Below, in pieces: positions 7,717 through 16,943 of a stretch of DNA of 54,907 nt; the first letter of the stretch is position 1, and every line of letters starts with the position of its first letter. Location: positions 1-54,907 of the forward strand of contig JBEKGP010000005.1 of assembly GCA_050012735.1 (NCBI GenBank), written 5' to 3'. Below the pieces are notes generated by a model. The model was not told the DNA's origin, ran no database searches, and was given only the letters and a program-made list of their open reading frames with translations. The position numbers were made by a program, and so were the translations under genes. Source of the stretch: Candidatus Dormibacteria bacterium (lineage in GTDB: Bacteria > Chloroflexota > Dormibacteria > Aeolococcales > Aeolococcaceae).

Positions 7717-10586
7717 GGCTGGAGCGGCTGGAGGTCACCGGGTTTGGCCGGCTGCACCAGCGTCGCTTCGACTTCGGGGAGCGGATCACGGTCGTCCTCG
7801 GCCCCAACGAGTCCGGCAAGTCGACCCTGCACCGCGCCATTCGCGCCGCCCTCTACGGCCTGGAGGCGGGTGGTCCGGGGCACCCGCGCGACCGGAGCGA
7901 CTGGGCGCGCTGGCTCCCCTGGACGTCGGGGCGCTTCGGGCTGACCCTCACCTACCGCCTGGACGGTGGGCGGCGCCTGCGCGTGGCCCAGACCTTCGAC
8001 CGAGACAGGGTGCAAGCCCAGGTCCAGGAACTGGGCGGCGGTGACGTAACCCAGCAGTTCCGGGTGGGGCGCACCGTGTGCCCGGGCCGATTCCACCTCG
8101 GGGTCGACGAGGCGGTCTTCTGCGCCGCCGCCTGGCTGGGCGAGGAGGGCCTGCAGCTCTCCTCGACCGAGGCCGCCCCCCAGCAGGCCGGGCGCATGCG
8201 TGAGGCGCTGGAGCGGCTGGTCGATGCCGGCGCCGAGGGAACCACCGCCGCCGAGGCGACCAAGAGGCTGACCGATGCCCTCCAGCGGGTCGGATCGGAG
8301 CGCCGGGTCACCAGCCCCCTCGGGGTCGCCATCGCCCAGGCGCGCCGCCTCGAGGGGGAGATCGAGGCAGCCGAGCACCGGCTCGCCTCGTTTGCCGGCG
8401 AGGAGGCGCGACTCCGCGAGCTGGAGATGGAGGCGCGGCTCTCCGCGGAGACGGCCGTGGCAGCCCAGCGCGACTGGATCCGCGGCCGCATCGCCCAGCT
8501 GGACGCCCAGGAGGCGGAGATGCGCAGGGCCACCGAGGAGGCGGCCGAGCTGTCCGGGGCGCTGGAGGCCGAGGCGGCGTACGCCGGCTTCCCCACCGAG
8601 CGTGAGGCCGCGGTCATCGCCCTCGGGGGAGAGCTGCACCAGGCGGCGCGCGCCGCGGCCGAGGCGGAGGCGCGCTGGACCGCGGTCCAGGAACCGCTCG
8701 GCGCCCTCCGCCGCCGGCGCGCCGAGATCTCCGCCGGCCTCCAGGCGATGCCGGAGGCGAGCCCGATCGGCGAGCGGGAGACCGCCGCGGCGAGCGCCCT
8801 GCGGCGCCGGGTCGACGTTTCGGCGGCGATCGCCCATCGCGACGAGGAGATGGCCGCCACGGCCCGTGGCGAGGCTCTCCGGCGCGAGATCGCGGTCACC
8901 GGGCTGGGCGGTGTCGAACCCGGCGAGCTGGAGGCCGTGGTGCCCCTGGTCACCAGGGCACGGACCGCCGGTGTGCGCGCCCGGGCGGCTCTGTGGTGGC
9001 TCGCCGCGGTGGCGGTGCTGGGCGGAGCGGCGGCGGGCGCCCTGGCCGCGACCGGCCGGCACGGGCCTGCCGCCCTGCTCGGAGCCGGCTGCGTGCTGGT
9101 GGTGGCAGCCCTGGCGGGCCTGGCCATCTTCGCCCTCCGGAGAGCTGGCACGGCGAGGTCCGAGCTGTCAGGCCGCCTCCCGGGGATGGACCTCAGCCCC
9201 TCCGGCCTGGATCGGCTCGGAGCCAGCCTCCCGGCTGCCCGCAGCCTCCACGCGGAGAGCCGGCAGCAGGCCGCCATCGTCGAGGTGCACCGCGCCGAGC
9301 AGATGCGCGCCCGCGGGGAGCTGGACGCGGCGGTTGACAGCTGCCTGGCCCTGGCCCGCGAGTCGGGTCTGAGCGTGCCCGCACGGCCGCCCGCCGGATG
9401 CCGCGTCGAGGTGCTGCTCGAAACGGCGGCCGCCGCGCTCGCGACCGTCGACGAGGCGGTCCGGCTCTCCATCCGGCGGCGGGAGCTGGAGGTGGAGGAC
9501 GCCCGTCTGGCCGACCGGGAGACGCAGTACGCCGAGCTGGGGCAGGAGGCGGGCCGTGACCGGGCCTCCGCCCAGGCGGTGGAGGCCCGGATCCGCGTGG
9601 CAACCGCGGCTGGACGCCTCGACGCCGGGCTGCCCCCGCTCGAGGCGGTGGCAGCGTTCCGCGACGCCTGCCGCCACCGGCACGAGTACGACCGCCTCGC
9701 CGCCGGCCTGGTCGAGGGCCGCCGCCGCCAGCGCCTCGGCGGCTCCGACATCGAGACGCTCAGCCATCGGCGGATCGAGCTGGTGGCCGACCTCCGACGC
9801 CGCGGTGGCGACCCCGAGAAGGCCGCTGACGACGTCCCGACCGACGCGGCCGGCCTGGCCCGGCTCGAGCGGGAGGCCATGGCCGCCCAGGAGCGGGCCG
9901 CCTCGGCGGCCTCCATCATCCAGGGTCTCGGGGCCCGGATCGAGGGGTTGACCGGAAGCCTCCCCTCCCTCGCCGATCTTGAGGACGAGCGGCTGACCGT
10001 GACCGCCGCCCGAGATCGGGCGCTCCACCAGCAGGAGGCTCTGCAGCGGGCCATCGTCATGATCGAGACCGCCGGTCGGGATGTCCACGGGCGGCTCGCA
10101 CCCCGCCTGGCGGCCTCCGTGTCAGAGCGTCTGGCCCTCCTGACCGGCGACCACTACTCCGAGGCCAACGTCGACATGGACCACTTCGCGATCGCTCTGG
10201 CGTCGGCCGATCGCGACCAGCTGGTATCCCTCGACCTCGTCTCCCACGGCACCCGCGACCAGGTCGCCCTGCTCCTCCGGCTGGCCCTCTGCGACGTGCT
10301 CGGCGACGCCGGTGAGTCGATGCCCCTGCTCCTGGACGAGCCCCTCGCCTCCGCGGACCCGCGCCGCGGTCGCGGGCTTCTCGAGTTCCTGGCACAGCTG
10401 TCGGCGACCAACCAGGTGGTGGTCACGACCAGCGATCCGGGCATCGCCGCCACCCTGGTGGGGCTGGGCGATCCGGCGACGACGGCCGTCATCGACCTCG
10501 GCACGGGCGACGAGGAGCTTGGCCCGGACGTCGCCGTGCCCGACCACCCGGTCAGAAGGGTGCGGAAGAACCCCCGACGGTCCTGA
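7713..10586 (+). CDS. SMC/Rad50-like coiled-coil ATPase (YhaN/SbcE type) with internal membrane segments
   Basis: MRLERLEVTGFG start with ATGA overlap; Walker A GPNESGKST; long coiled coil; signature VSHGTRDQ; Walker B LLLDEP. Confidence 0.88.
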   Translation: MRLERLEVTGFGRLHQRRFDFGERITVVLGPNESGKSTLHRAIRAALYGLEAGGPGHPRDRSDWARWLPWTSGRFGLTLTYRLDGGRRLRVAQTFDRDRVQAQVQELGGGDVTQQFRVGRTVCPGRFHLGVDEAVFCAAAWLGEEGLQLSSTEAAPQQAGRMREALERLVDAGAEGTTAAEATKRLTDALQRVGSERRVTSPLGVAIAQARRLEGEIEAAEHRLASFAGEEARLRELEMEARLSAETAVAAQRDWIRGRIAQLDAQEAEMRRATEEAAELSGALEAEAAYAGFPTEREAAVIALGGELHQAARAAAEAEARWTAVQEPLGALRRRRAEISAGLQAMPEASPIGERETAAASALRRRVDVSAAIAHRDEEMAATARGEALRREIAVTGLGGVEPGELEAVVPLVTRARTAGVRARAALWWLAAVAVLGGAAAGALAATGRHGPAALLGAGCVLVVAALAGLAIFALRRAGTARSELSGRLPGMDLSPSGLDRLGASLPAARSLHAESRQQAAIVEVHRAEQMRARGELDAAVDSCLALARESGLSVPARPPAGCRVEVLLETAAAALATVDEAVRLSIRRRELEVEDARLADRETQYAELGQEAGRDRASAQAVEARIRVATAAGRLDAGLPPLEAVAAFRDACRHRHEYDRLAAGLVEGRRRQRLGGSDIETLSHRRIELVADLRRRGGDPEKAADDVPTDAAGLARLEREAMAAQERAASAASIIQGLGARIEGLTGSLPSLADLEDERLTVTAARDRALHQQEALQRAIVMIETAGRDVHGRLAPRLAASVSERLALLTGDHYSEANVDMDHFAIALASADRDQLVSLDLVSHGTRDQVALLLRLALCDVLGDAGESMPLLLDEPLASADPRRGRGLLEFLAQLSATNQVVVTTSDPGIAATLVGLGDPATTAVIDLGTGDEELGPDVAVPDHPVRRVRKNPRRS

Positions 10587-10643
10587 CGCCCCCATCCTCG
10601 GCGACGCGTGCGTCGCCTCCTGCGGGGGCTCTTAGGCACCCTG

Positions 10644-11825
10644 TCAGAGCGCCGCGGCCACCTGCACGAGGCCTTCGAGGGCGCTCACCGGAGCGGTGAT
10701 GAGCGGCACCTGGACGGCGACGACGTCGGTGAGCCGCTCCAGCCGGGCGAGCTGGCGCGCATCCCGCTGGGCGAGCTCAAAGAAGAGCCGGTAGCTGCGC
10801 CCCAGAGCCGCGGCGGCGGCGCCGTCCACCGGGGCGCCGATGGCGCGGCTCAGCGCCTGGATGCCACGGTGGTCGTCGGCGAGCACGTCCGCGGCCCGGA
10901 GCGCCGCCGGGTCGGCGAGGAAGCCGGGGAGCACCCGGTTGACCACGACGCCACGGAGCGGCATCGCCAGCTCCCGAAGCTTGGTGGCGAAGTGCTCCGC
11001 CTCGGCGAACGCGGCCGGCTCCAGGGTGGTGACGACGACGAAGCCGACGCGGGGGCTGCGGAGCAACCGGCCAACGGCCCGGGCACGCCGCTGGACCCCC
11101 TCATAGAGGGTCTGGAGGTCACCGACGAAGTCGCCGAGCTCTCCCAGCACCTCGCCGCCGAGCAACCGGTCGGCGATGTGCAGGAGCGGTGCGGCGGCGA
11201 AGTTCATGGCGTGGAAGCCGACCCGCGAGGGGTGGGCGAGCCACGAGAGGAGTCGCGCCCCCACGAAGTCCGAGATTCGCTCCGGAGCCTCCAGGAAGTC
11301 GATGGCGCTGCGCGACGGCGGCGTGTCGACGATCAGGCAGTCGTACTCACCCTCCTCGTGAAGCTCGTACAGAGCCTCCATGGCGGCGTACTCGTGGCTG
11401 CCGACGAAGGAGTCGCTGATGCCCTGGTAGAAGCGGTTGTCGAGAATTCGCTCGGCGACGTGGCGGTTGGGGGCATAGCGCTCCACCATGCGGTCCCATA
11501 CCGACTTCTGGTCGAGCATGGCCGCGACCAGCTCGCCGCGCAGCGGGAGGCCGGCCTGGCGCATGCGCGCGGCGGACACCGTCACCGGATCGGCTCCGAT
11601 CCCGGTCATGCCCAGCGCGCTGGCGAGCCGCCGCGCCGGATCGATGGTGAGCACCATCACCCGGCGGTCGGCGGTCGAGGCGATGGCCGCCGCCAGCGCG
11701 GCGCTGACCGTGGTCTTGCCCACCCCGCCGCTCCCGCAGCAGACGACCACGTCGAGGCCGCCGAGCACCTCGGCGAGGCGCCGCCCGCGGGCGGTGCGCA
11801 CCAGCTCCTCCGGCGCCTTCCTCAC
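10644..11825 (-). CDS. ArsA/Get3-family ATPase (Rv3680-like)
   Basis: CCGSGGVGKTT, TIDPARRLA, GSHEYAAME, VDTPPSR, VVVNRV. Confidence 0.88.
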   Translation of the reverse strand: MRKAPEELVRTARGRRLAEVLGGLDVVVCCGSGGVGKTTVSAALAAAIASTADRRVMVLTIDPARRLASALGMTGIGADPVTVSAARMRQAGLPLRGELVAAMLDQKSVWDRMVERYAPNRHVAERILDNRFYQGISDSFVGSHEYAAMEALYELHEEGEYDCLIVDTPPSRSAIDFLEAPERISDFVGARLLSWLAHPSRVGFHAMNFAAAPLLHIADRLLGGEVLGELGDFVGDLQTLYEGVQRRARAVGRLLRSPRVGFVVVTTLEPAAFAEAEHFATKLRELAMPLRGVVVNRVLPGFLADPAALRAADVLADDHRGIQALSRAIGAPVDGAAAAALGRSYRLFFELAQRDARQLARLERLTDVVAVQVPLITAPVSALEGLVQVAAAL

Positions 11826-11826
11826 C

Positions 11827-12852
11827 TCAGCCCGCGGCCTCCAGCGCCGCCGCGATCGCCCGGGTGGTCGCCAGCCCCGGCCGGGCGGCGACGAGGGGGA
11901 CGGGCACGACCGGAACGGACATCCGGGTGGAGAGCCGGCGCGCGAAAGGCTGGGCGAGCCGGCTCAGGTCGTCGGCCAGCCGGATCCCGGCGAGCAGCCC
12001 GTCTATCCCCTCCCCGAGCACCGGCGTGGCCGCCCGCGCGGTGGCGGGGTCGGCAAGCAGCTCCACCAGCCGGCGCTGCCGTGGGGCGGACACCGGGGTG
12101 ATGCAGCGGTTGAGGAAGCAAGGGCCGAGACCGATGCCGGTATCCTCCAGCACCTCGTCGTGAAGCTCGAGCGCCTCGGCGACGGCCATCTCCTCAGCGA
12201 GGGCGCAGATGCAGAGCGCCGTCTTGCGGTGGTTGGTGACCATGGCGTCGACGAAGTCCACCTGGGAGCGGAGCATCCCGCCCCGCACCAGTCGCCGCAT
12301 CGACCGGGCCGCGGTGAGCTGGGGCAGGATCTGGCCGCTGGAGGTCGCATCGACCACGATCAGGTCCCAGATCGGCTCCCCGTCCGCCTCCCGGCGGCGC
12401 TCCTCGTGGGCGATCTTGCCCACCATCAGCATGTCCCGCGGACCGGGCACCCCGGTCGCGACGAAATCGAAGACTCCGGCTAGGGGGGTGAGGCGGGTGA
12501 AGCGGGGGACCTTGAAGAAGATCGCCAGGTATTCCTGGAAGGAGTCCTCGGGATGGAGGGCGAGGACCGAGAGGTTGCGCTGGACGACCACCGGCTGGAA
12601 GCCGACCGGGGGATGGCCGAGTGCCTCGGGAAGGTCTCCTTTGGCGTCGACCTCGACGAGGAGGACCCGGATGCCGCGGCGGGCGGCGATCAGCGCCAGG
12701 GCCGCGGCGATGGTGGTCTTTCCCGTGCCCCCCTTGCCGGTGACGAAGATGACCCGCTTGCTGAGGAGGTCATCGAGGCGCGGGCGCCCGCCCGGACGCT
12801 GGGGCCGGGTCAGGGCTCGTGCCAGAACAGGTGGCGCAGATGCGCCGGCCAT
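11827..12852 (-). CDS. ArsA/Get3-family ATPase (Rv3679-like)
   Basis: FVTGKGGTGKTT, VLLVEVD, VPGPRDMLMVGKI, VVDATSSG, LAEEMAVAE. Start codon uncertain. Confidence 0.86.
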   Translation of the reverse strand: MAGASAPPVLARALTRPQRPGGRPRLDDLLSKRVIFVTGKGGTGKTTIAAALALIAARRGIRVLLVEVDAKGDLPEALGHPPVGFQPVVVQRNLSVLALHPEDSFQEYLAIFFKVPRFTRLTPLAGVFDFVATGVPGPRDMLMVGKIAHEERRREADGEPIWDLIVVDATSSGQILPQLTAARSMRRLVRGGMLRSQVDFVDAMVTNHRKTALCICALAEEMAVAEALELHDEVLEDTGIGLGPCFLNRCITPVSAPRQRRLVELLADPATARAATPVLGEGIDGLLAGIRLADDLSRLAQPFARRLSTRMSVPVVPVPLVAARPGLATTRAIAAALEAAG

Positions 12853-12889
12853 ACCGCCGAGGCCAAGGCAGCGTCGAGCACCGCCGCGC

Positions 12890-13369
12890 TCAGTCCTGGT
12901 CCGGGGCGCCCTGGACGGCGGCGAGGACCTGGCTGGCGTGCCCCTGGGGTTGGACCTTTCGCCATTCACGCTGGACCCCGCCGTCCGGCCCGATCAGGAA
13001 CGTCGAGCGTTCCACGCCCATGTAGCTGCGACCGTATCGCTCCTTGGTGGTCCAGAGCTCGAAGAAGTCGATCAGGAGGTGGTGAGGATCGCTGACCAGG
13101 GGGATGCCCAGATCGCACTTGGCTGCGAAACGATCGTGGCTCTCACCGGAGTCGGGCGAGACCCCGTAGACGAGCACGCCGGCACGTTCGAACTCGGGCA
13201 GCAACCCGGTGAACTCCCGGCCCTCCAGGGTGCAGCCGGGGGTGTCGTCCTTGGGGTAGAAGTAGAGGACGGCACGGCCGCCCAGTAGGTCGGAGCGCCG
13301 GAGCCGTCCGCCTCCGCTCACGGCCAGGTCGAAGTCGGGCAGCTCTGTCGTCGTCTCGCCCACCGGCAC
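12890..13369 (-). CDS. bcp: Peroxiredoxin, Bcp family
   Basis: VLYFYPKDDTPGCT, GVSPD, YMGVERSTFLI; SD AGGAGGA directly upstream. Confidence 0.92.
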   Translation of the reverse strand: MPVGETTTELPDFDLAVSGGGRLRRSDLLGGRAVLYFYPKDDTPGCTLEGREFTGLLPEFERAGVLVYGVSPDSGESHDRFAAKCDLGIPLVSDPHHLLIDFFELWTTKERYGRSYMGVERSTFLIGPDGGVQREWRKVQPQGHASQVLAAVQGAPDQD

Positions 13370-13448
13370 TCCTCCTGGTTGCAGGTACGTGCCACCTACT
13401 CTACGAGCCGGATCGTCCCGCGCGGCGTTCGGCCGGGGTGCCTTCGCG

Positions 13449-14240
13449 TCAGTTCAGGAAGGCGCGGAGTCTCCCCACCACCTCGTTGACGTGCCCGCGG
13501 TCGGGGGCCTCCGGCGCCGCTCGGGCGAGGTAGTCTCCGAGGTCGTGGAGCGCCCCCTGGGGCCGCCCCATCTGCCAGAGCAGCAGCCCCCGGTCCCGGC
13601 GCTCACCGGGCTCGTCGGGGAGGAGGTCGACGCAGCGATCGGCGGCCTGGAGCGCCAGCGGCCAGTTCTCCAGGCTCGCGTAGCAGCCCCGAAGGTTGCG
13701 GGACATCCGGGCCAGGATGCGCCGCGGCGAGGCCGGCTCCAGCCACCGCGGCTCGACGCGCTCCGGCTCACGGCCGAGGTGGCGGGCCGCGGCCTGGCGG
13801 AGGTCCTCGTCCTCGAGCGGCTCTCCGGAGCAGGCGTCGACCACCAGTCCCTCGACACGAACCGCGAAGTGCCCGGGGAGGGCGATGCCCTCGACCCGTA
13901 TGCCGGCCCGCCGACCCACCCCCATCCAGATCGCGCCGCAGGCGATCGGGGTGCCCACCCCACGCTCCAGGACCGAGTTCAGGTAGTGGGCTCGGGGGTC
14001 GCCACCCCCCGCCCCCCGCAGGTTGAGGCGGGAGCGGAGCAGGGAGGCGACCACCTCGGAGGGCCGCTCCGCCGCAGTGCGGTCCACCTGGCCGGCGAGG
14101 TCGTCGAGCAGATTCAGCCAGGGCCCGGGATCCATCGAGGGGGCGTCCTCGACGGCGATCCAGAGGGCCGCCTCGGCGATGTCGGAGGCCGGGTCGGCCG
14201 CGGCGGCGAGGACGAGGTTGCGGGCGTCTGCGCGCTCCAT
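13449..14240 (-). CDS. SirB1/YchA-family protein (transglutaminase-like core + TPR)
   Basis: YLNSVLERGVGTPI, GIALPGHFAVR, RILARMSRNL, ERRDRGLL. Confidence 0.85.
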   Translation of the reverse strand: MERADARNLVLAAAADPASDIAEAALWIAVEDAPSMDPGPWLNLLDDLAGQVDRTAAERPSEVVASLLRSRLNLRGAGGGDPRAHYLNSVLERGVGTPIACGAIWMGVGRRAGIRVEGIALPGHFAVRVEGLVVDACSGEPLEDEDLRQAAARHLGREPERVEPRWLEPASPRRILARMSRNLRGCYASLENWPLALQAADRCVDLLPDEPGERRDRGLLLWQMGRPQGALHDLGDYLARAAPEAPDRGHVNEVVGRLRAFLN

Positions 14241-14315
14241 CGCCGGGTATGATGCCCGGCCGGGCACCCCGCACCGCCCGGAGGGCGGGATCAGAGCGAA
14301 TACACTGGGCCAGGG

Positions 14316-16196
14316 ATGCTGCTTGACGAGATCACCTGTCCCGACGACCTGCGCGGGCTCAGCCCCCAGGACCTGAACCGGCTCTGCGCCGAGATCCGGG
14401 AGTTCCTGGTGGCCGCTGTCGCCCGAACCGGGGGCCACCTGGGGCCGAACCTCGGGGTGGTGGAGTTGACCGTGGCCCTCCACCGCACCTTCCACTCGCC
14501 GCGCGACGCCCTGGTTTTCGACACCGGGCATCAGGCCTACGTTCACAAGATGCTGACCGGGCGGCTGGCGGCCTTCGGCGGGCTTCGCCAGCGGGGGGGC
14601 CTCTCCGGCTATCCCAACCGAGCCGAGTCCGAGCACGACATCGTCGAGAACTCCCACGCCTCCACGGGCCTCAGCTACGCGGTGGCGCTGGCCACCGCCC
14701 GCCAGCTGACCGGGGAACCCGGCAAGGTGGTCTGCGTGGTCGGTGACGGCGCGCTGACCGGCGGGATGGCCTACGAGGCGCTCAACAACATCGGCCACCT
14801 TCAACCCGAGCTGATCATCATCCTGAACGACAACGGACGTTCCTACGCGCCCACCATCGGCGGCCTCGCCGCCAACCTGGGCCAGCTCCGCCTCTCCCCC
14901 ACCTACGAGGCGGCGAAGGGCGCCACCGGCCGCACCCTGCGGCATCTCCCCCTGGTCGGCGACTCCGCATACCAGGCCGCCAAGCGGGTCAAGGATTCGC
15001 TCAAGCAGCTGGTCGCCACCACCTCGCTGTTCGAGACCCTCGGGCTCAAGTACGGCGGCCCCATCGACGGGCACGACGTGGCCGCCCTGGAGCGCGCCCT
15101 GCGCGACGCCGCCGCCTACCGAGGACCCGTGGTCATCCACGTCGTGACCAACAAGGGCAATGGTTATGCCCCCGCAGTTCAGGACGACATCGACAAATAC
15201 CACGGAGTGTCGACGTTCAATCCCAAGGACGGGAGCTTCGCCGTCAAGGCCCCGTCCTGGACCGATCTCTTCGGCGACGCTCTGCTGGAGGCGGCCGAGA
15301 AGGATGCCCGGATCGTCGCCATCACGGCGGCGATGGCATCATCCACCGGCCTGCTCGCCTTCGCCGAGCGCTTTCCGGACCGCTTCTTCGATGTTGGCAT
15401 CGCCGAGCAGCACGCCGTCACCTTCGCCGCCGGACTGGCGATGAAGGGGCTCCGGCCCGTGGTGTGCATCTACTCCTCATTCCTGCAGCGCGCCTTTGAC
15501 CAGATCGCGTGCGACGCCTGTCTCCATCGGCTCCCGGTCACGTTCGTGCTCGACCGCGCCGGCATCACCGGCGACGATGGGCCGTCCCACCACGGGATGC
15601 TCGACCTCGCCTTCCTGCGCTGCATTCCCAACCTGGTGGTGGCGGCGCCGAGCAGCCCCGACGAGATGCGCAGGATGCTGGCCACCGCGCTGGCCCACGA
15701 CGGGCCCTTCGCCTTCCGTTACCCGCGGGGGACGGCACCGACCGCCGGGACGGCGCCGCTCAAACCGCTCGTGATCGGGCGGGCGGCGGTCCGGCGCGAG
15801 GGGACGGACATCGCCATCATGGCCGTGGGGAAGATGGTTCGGGTGGCCCTCGAGGCGGCCACTCAGCTCAAGGCGGAGGGCGTGAGCGCCACGGTGGTCG
15901 ATGCCCGCTTCATCAAGCCGCTCGACCCCCATCTCGCCGATATCGCGGCGGCGCACCGCGCCGTCCTGACCGTCGAGGACGGGACGCGCGTGGGAGCGTT
16001 CGGGAGCGCCGTCGCCGAATTGCTGGGGGACTGTGGGGTGACGGTGCCCCTGCACCGGCTGGGCATCCCCGACCGCTTCGTCGAGCACGGAAACCAAGCG
16101 CTCCTGCTCCGCGAGCTGGGACTGGACGCGGACGGCGTTGCCCGGTCGGCACGTGAGCTGCTGGCCACGGTGCGACCCGTCCACGCCCTGGCCTGA
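14316..16196 (+). CDS. dxs: 1-deoxy-D-xylulose-5-phosphate synthase
   Basis: GGHLGPNLGVVELT, DTGHQAYVHK, GDGALTGGMAYEALNN (TPP motif), DVGIAEQHA, DRAG, DGPSHHG, RYPRG. Confidence 0.97.
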   Translation: MLLDEITCPDDLRGLSPQDLNRLCAEIREFLVAAVARTGGHLGPNLGVVELTVALHRTFHSPRDALVFDTGHQAYVHKMLTGRLAAFGGLRQRGGLSGYPNRAESEHDIVENSHASTGLSYAVALATARQLTGEPGKVVCVVGDGALTGGMAYEALNNIGHLQPELIIILNDNGRSYAPTIGGLAANLGQLRLSPTYEAAKGATGRTLRHLPLVGDSAYQAAKRVKDSLKQLVATTSLFETLGLKYGGPIDGHDVAALERALRDAAAYRGPVVIHVVTNKGNGYAPAVQDDIDKYHGVSTFNPKDGSFAVKAPSWTDLFGDALLEAAEKDARIVAITAAMASSTGLLAFAERFPDRFFDVGIAEQHAVTFAAGLAMKGLRPVVCIYSSFLQRAFDQIACDACLHRLPVTFVLDRAGITGDDGPSHHGMLDLAFLRCIPNLVVAAPSSPDEMRRMLATALAHDGPFAFRYPRGTAPTAGTAPLKPLVIGRAAVRREGTDIAIMAVGKMVRVALEAATQLKAEGVSATVVDARFIKPLDPHLADIAAAHRAVLTVEDGTRVGAFGSAVAELLGDCGVTVPLHRLGIPDRFVEHGNQALLLRELGLDADGVARSARELLATVRPVHALA

Positions 16197-16212
16197 CCGG
16201 AACCGGGGCCCC

Positions 16213-16788
16213 GTGGGAGCCGTGCTGGTCACCGTCGCCGGTCCGACGTCGCGGATGGACCTCTCTCTCCCCACCGACGCGCCGCTGGGGGAGCTTGTAC
16301 CGGCTCTGGTGGAGCGCTGCGAGCCCGGGCCGAAGCCCTGGAGCCGCTGGGCGCTCGGGCCGGCGGGAGGCGCACCATTCGCGCCCCAGCGGACGCTCGC
16401 CGAGCTGGGTGTGGTCGACGGCACGGAGCTGCAATTGCGCGACATGGTCGCCGGCGACGGCGCCAGGGGTGAGCCGCCGGACACCGGGCCGGTGGGAGCG
16501 GCCGCGGAGGCCGACCAGCGGCGGCGGAAGATCTCCGACCTGACCGAGCGGCTGATCGACGACATCGGCCGCCTCCGCGCGGGGAAGAACCCGCTGCTCG
16601 AGTATGCCGCCCCCGAGGCTCGGCGGTGTCTCCGAGCCCTGGCCCCGGGGCCCTTCGACCGCGCGGCGGAGCGGGGCGCCTCCGATCTCAGCCTTGCAGT
16701 GAGCTGGCATCGCGACCCGCGGGCACCCGTGGAGGCGCTCGCCGGCTTCACGGAGGTCGCAGCGGACGCCGGCGGCCCCGGTCGCTAA
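16213..16788 (+). CDS. EsaB/YukD ubiquitin-like domain protein with unknown C-terminal domain; possibly disrupted at the 3' end
   Basis: VTVAGPTSRMDLSLPTDAPLGELVPAL...W.L...G.PF....TLAELGVVDGTELQL matches the YukD / EccD N-terminal pattern. Protein-like sequence continues past the TAA to 16907. Confidence 0.68.
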   Translation: MGAVLVTVAGPTSRMDLSLPTDAPLGELVPALVERCEPGPKPWSRWALGPAGGAPFAPQRTLAELGVVDGTELQLRDMVAGDGARGEPPDTGPVGAAAEADQRRRKISDLTERLIDDIGRLRAGKNPLLEYAAPEARRCLRALAPGPFDRAAERGASDLSLAVSWHRDPRAPVEALAGFTEVAADAGGPGR

Positions 16789-16943
16789 CAAGACGGTCCC
16801 ATCCCCAGCGCGACGCCGGTCCGGCGGGTGAGCGTCAGGATGACCTCGACGCTCACTGCCGTTACCTTCTCGACGTCAGCGTCGCCGCCGACCCGCCGCC
16901 ACTCTGACCCGGGGTTGAAGAACGCCGTGGGCCGGGACGGGCG

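Noticed and set aside
13449-15203. Long ORF-track versions of sirB1, YhaN, PP2C, PucR, amtB and DUF11
   Set aside because: The N-terminal extensions overlap neighbouring genes or promoters; shorter starts are backed by SD, -10 or stop-start overlap evidence.
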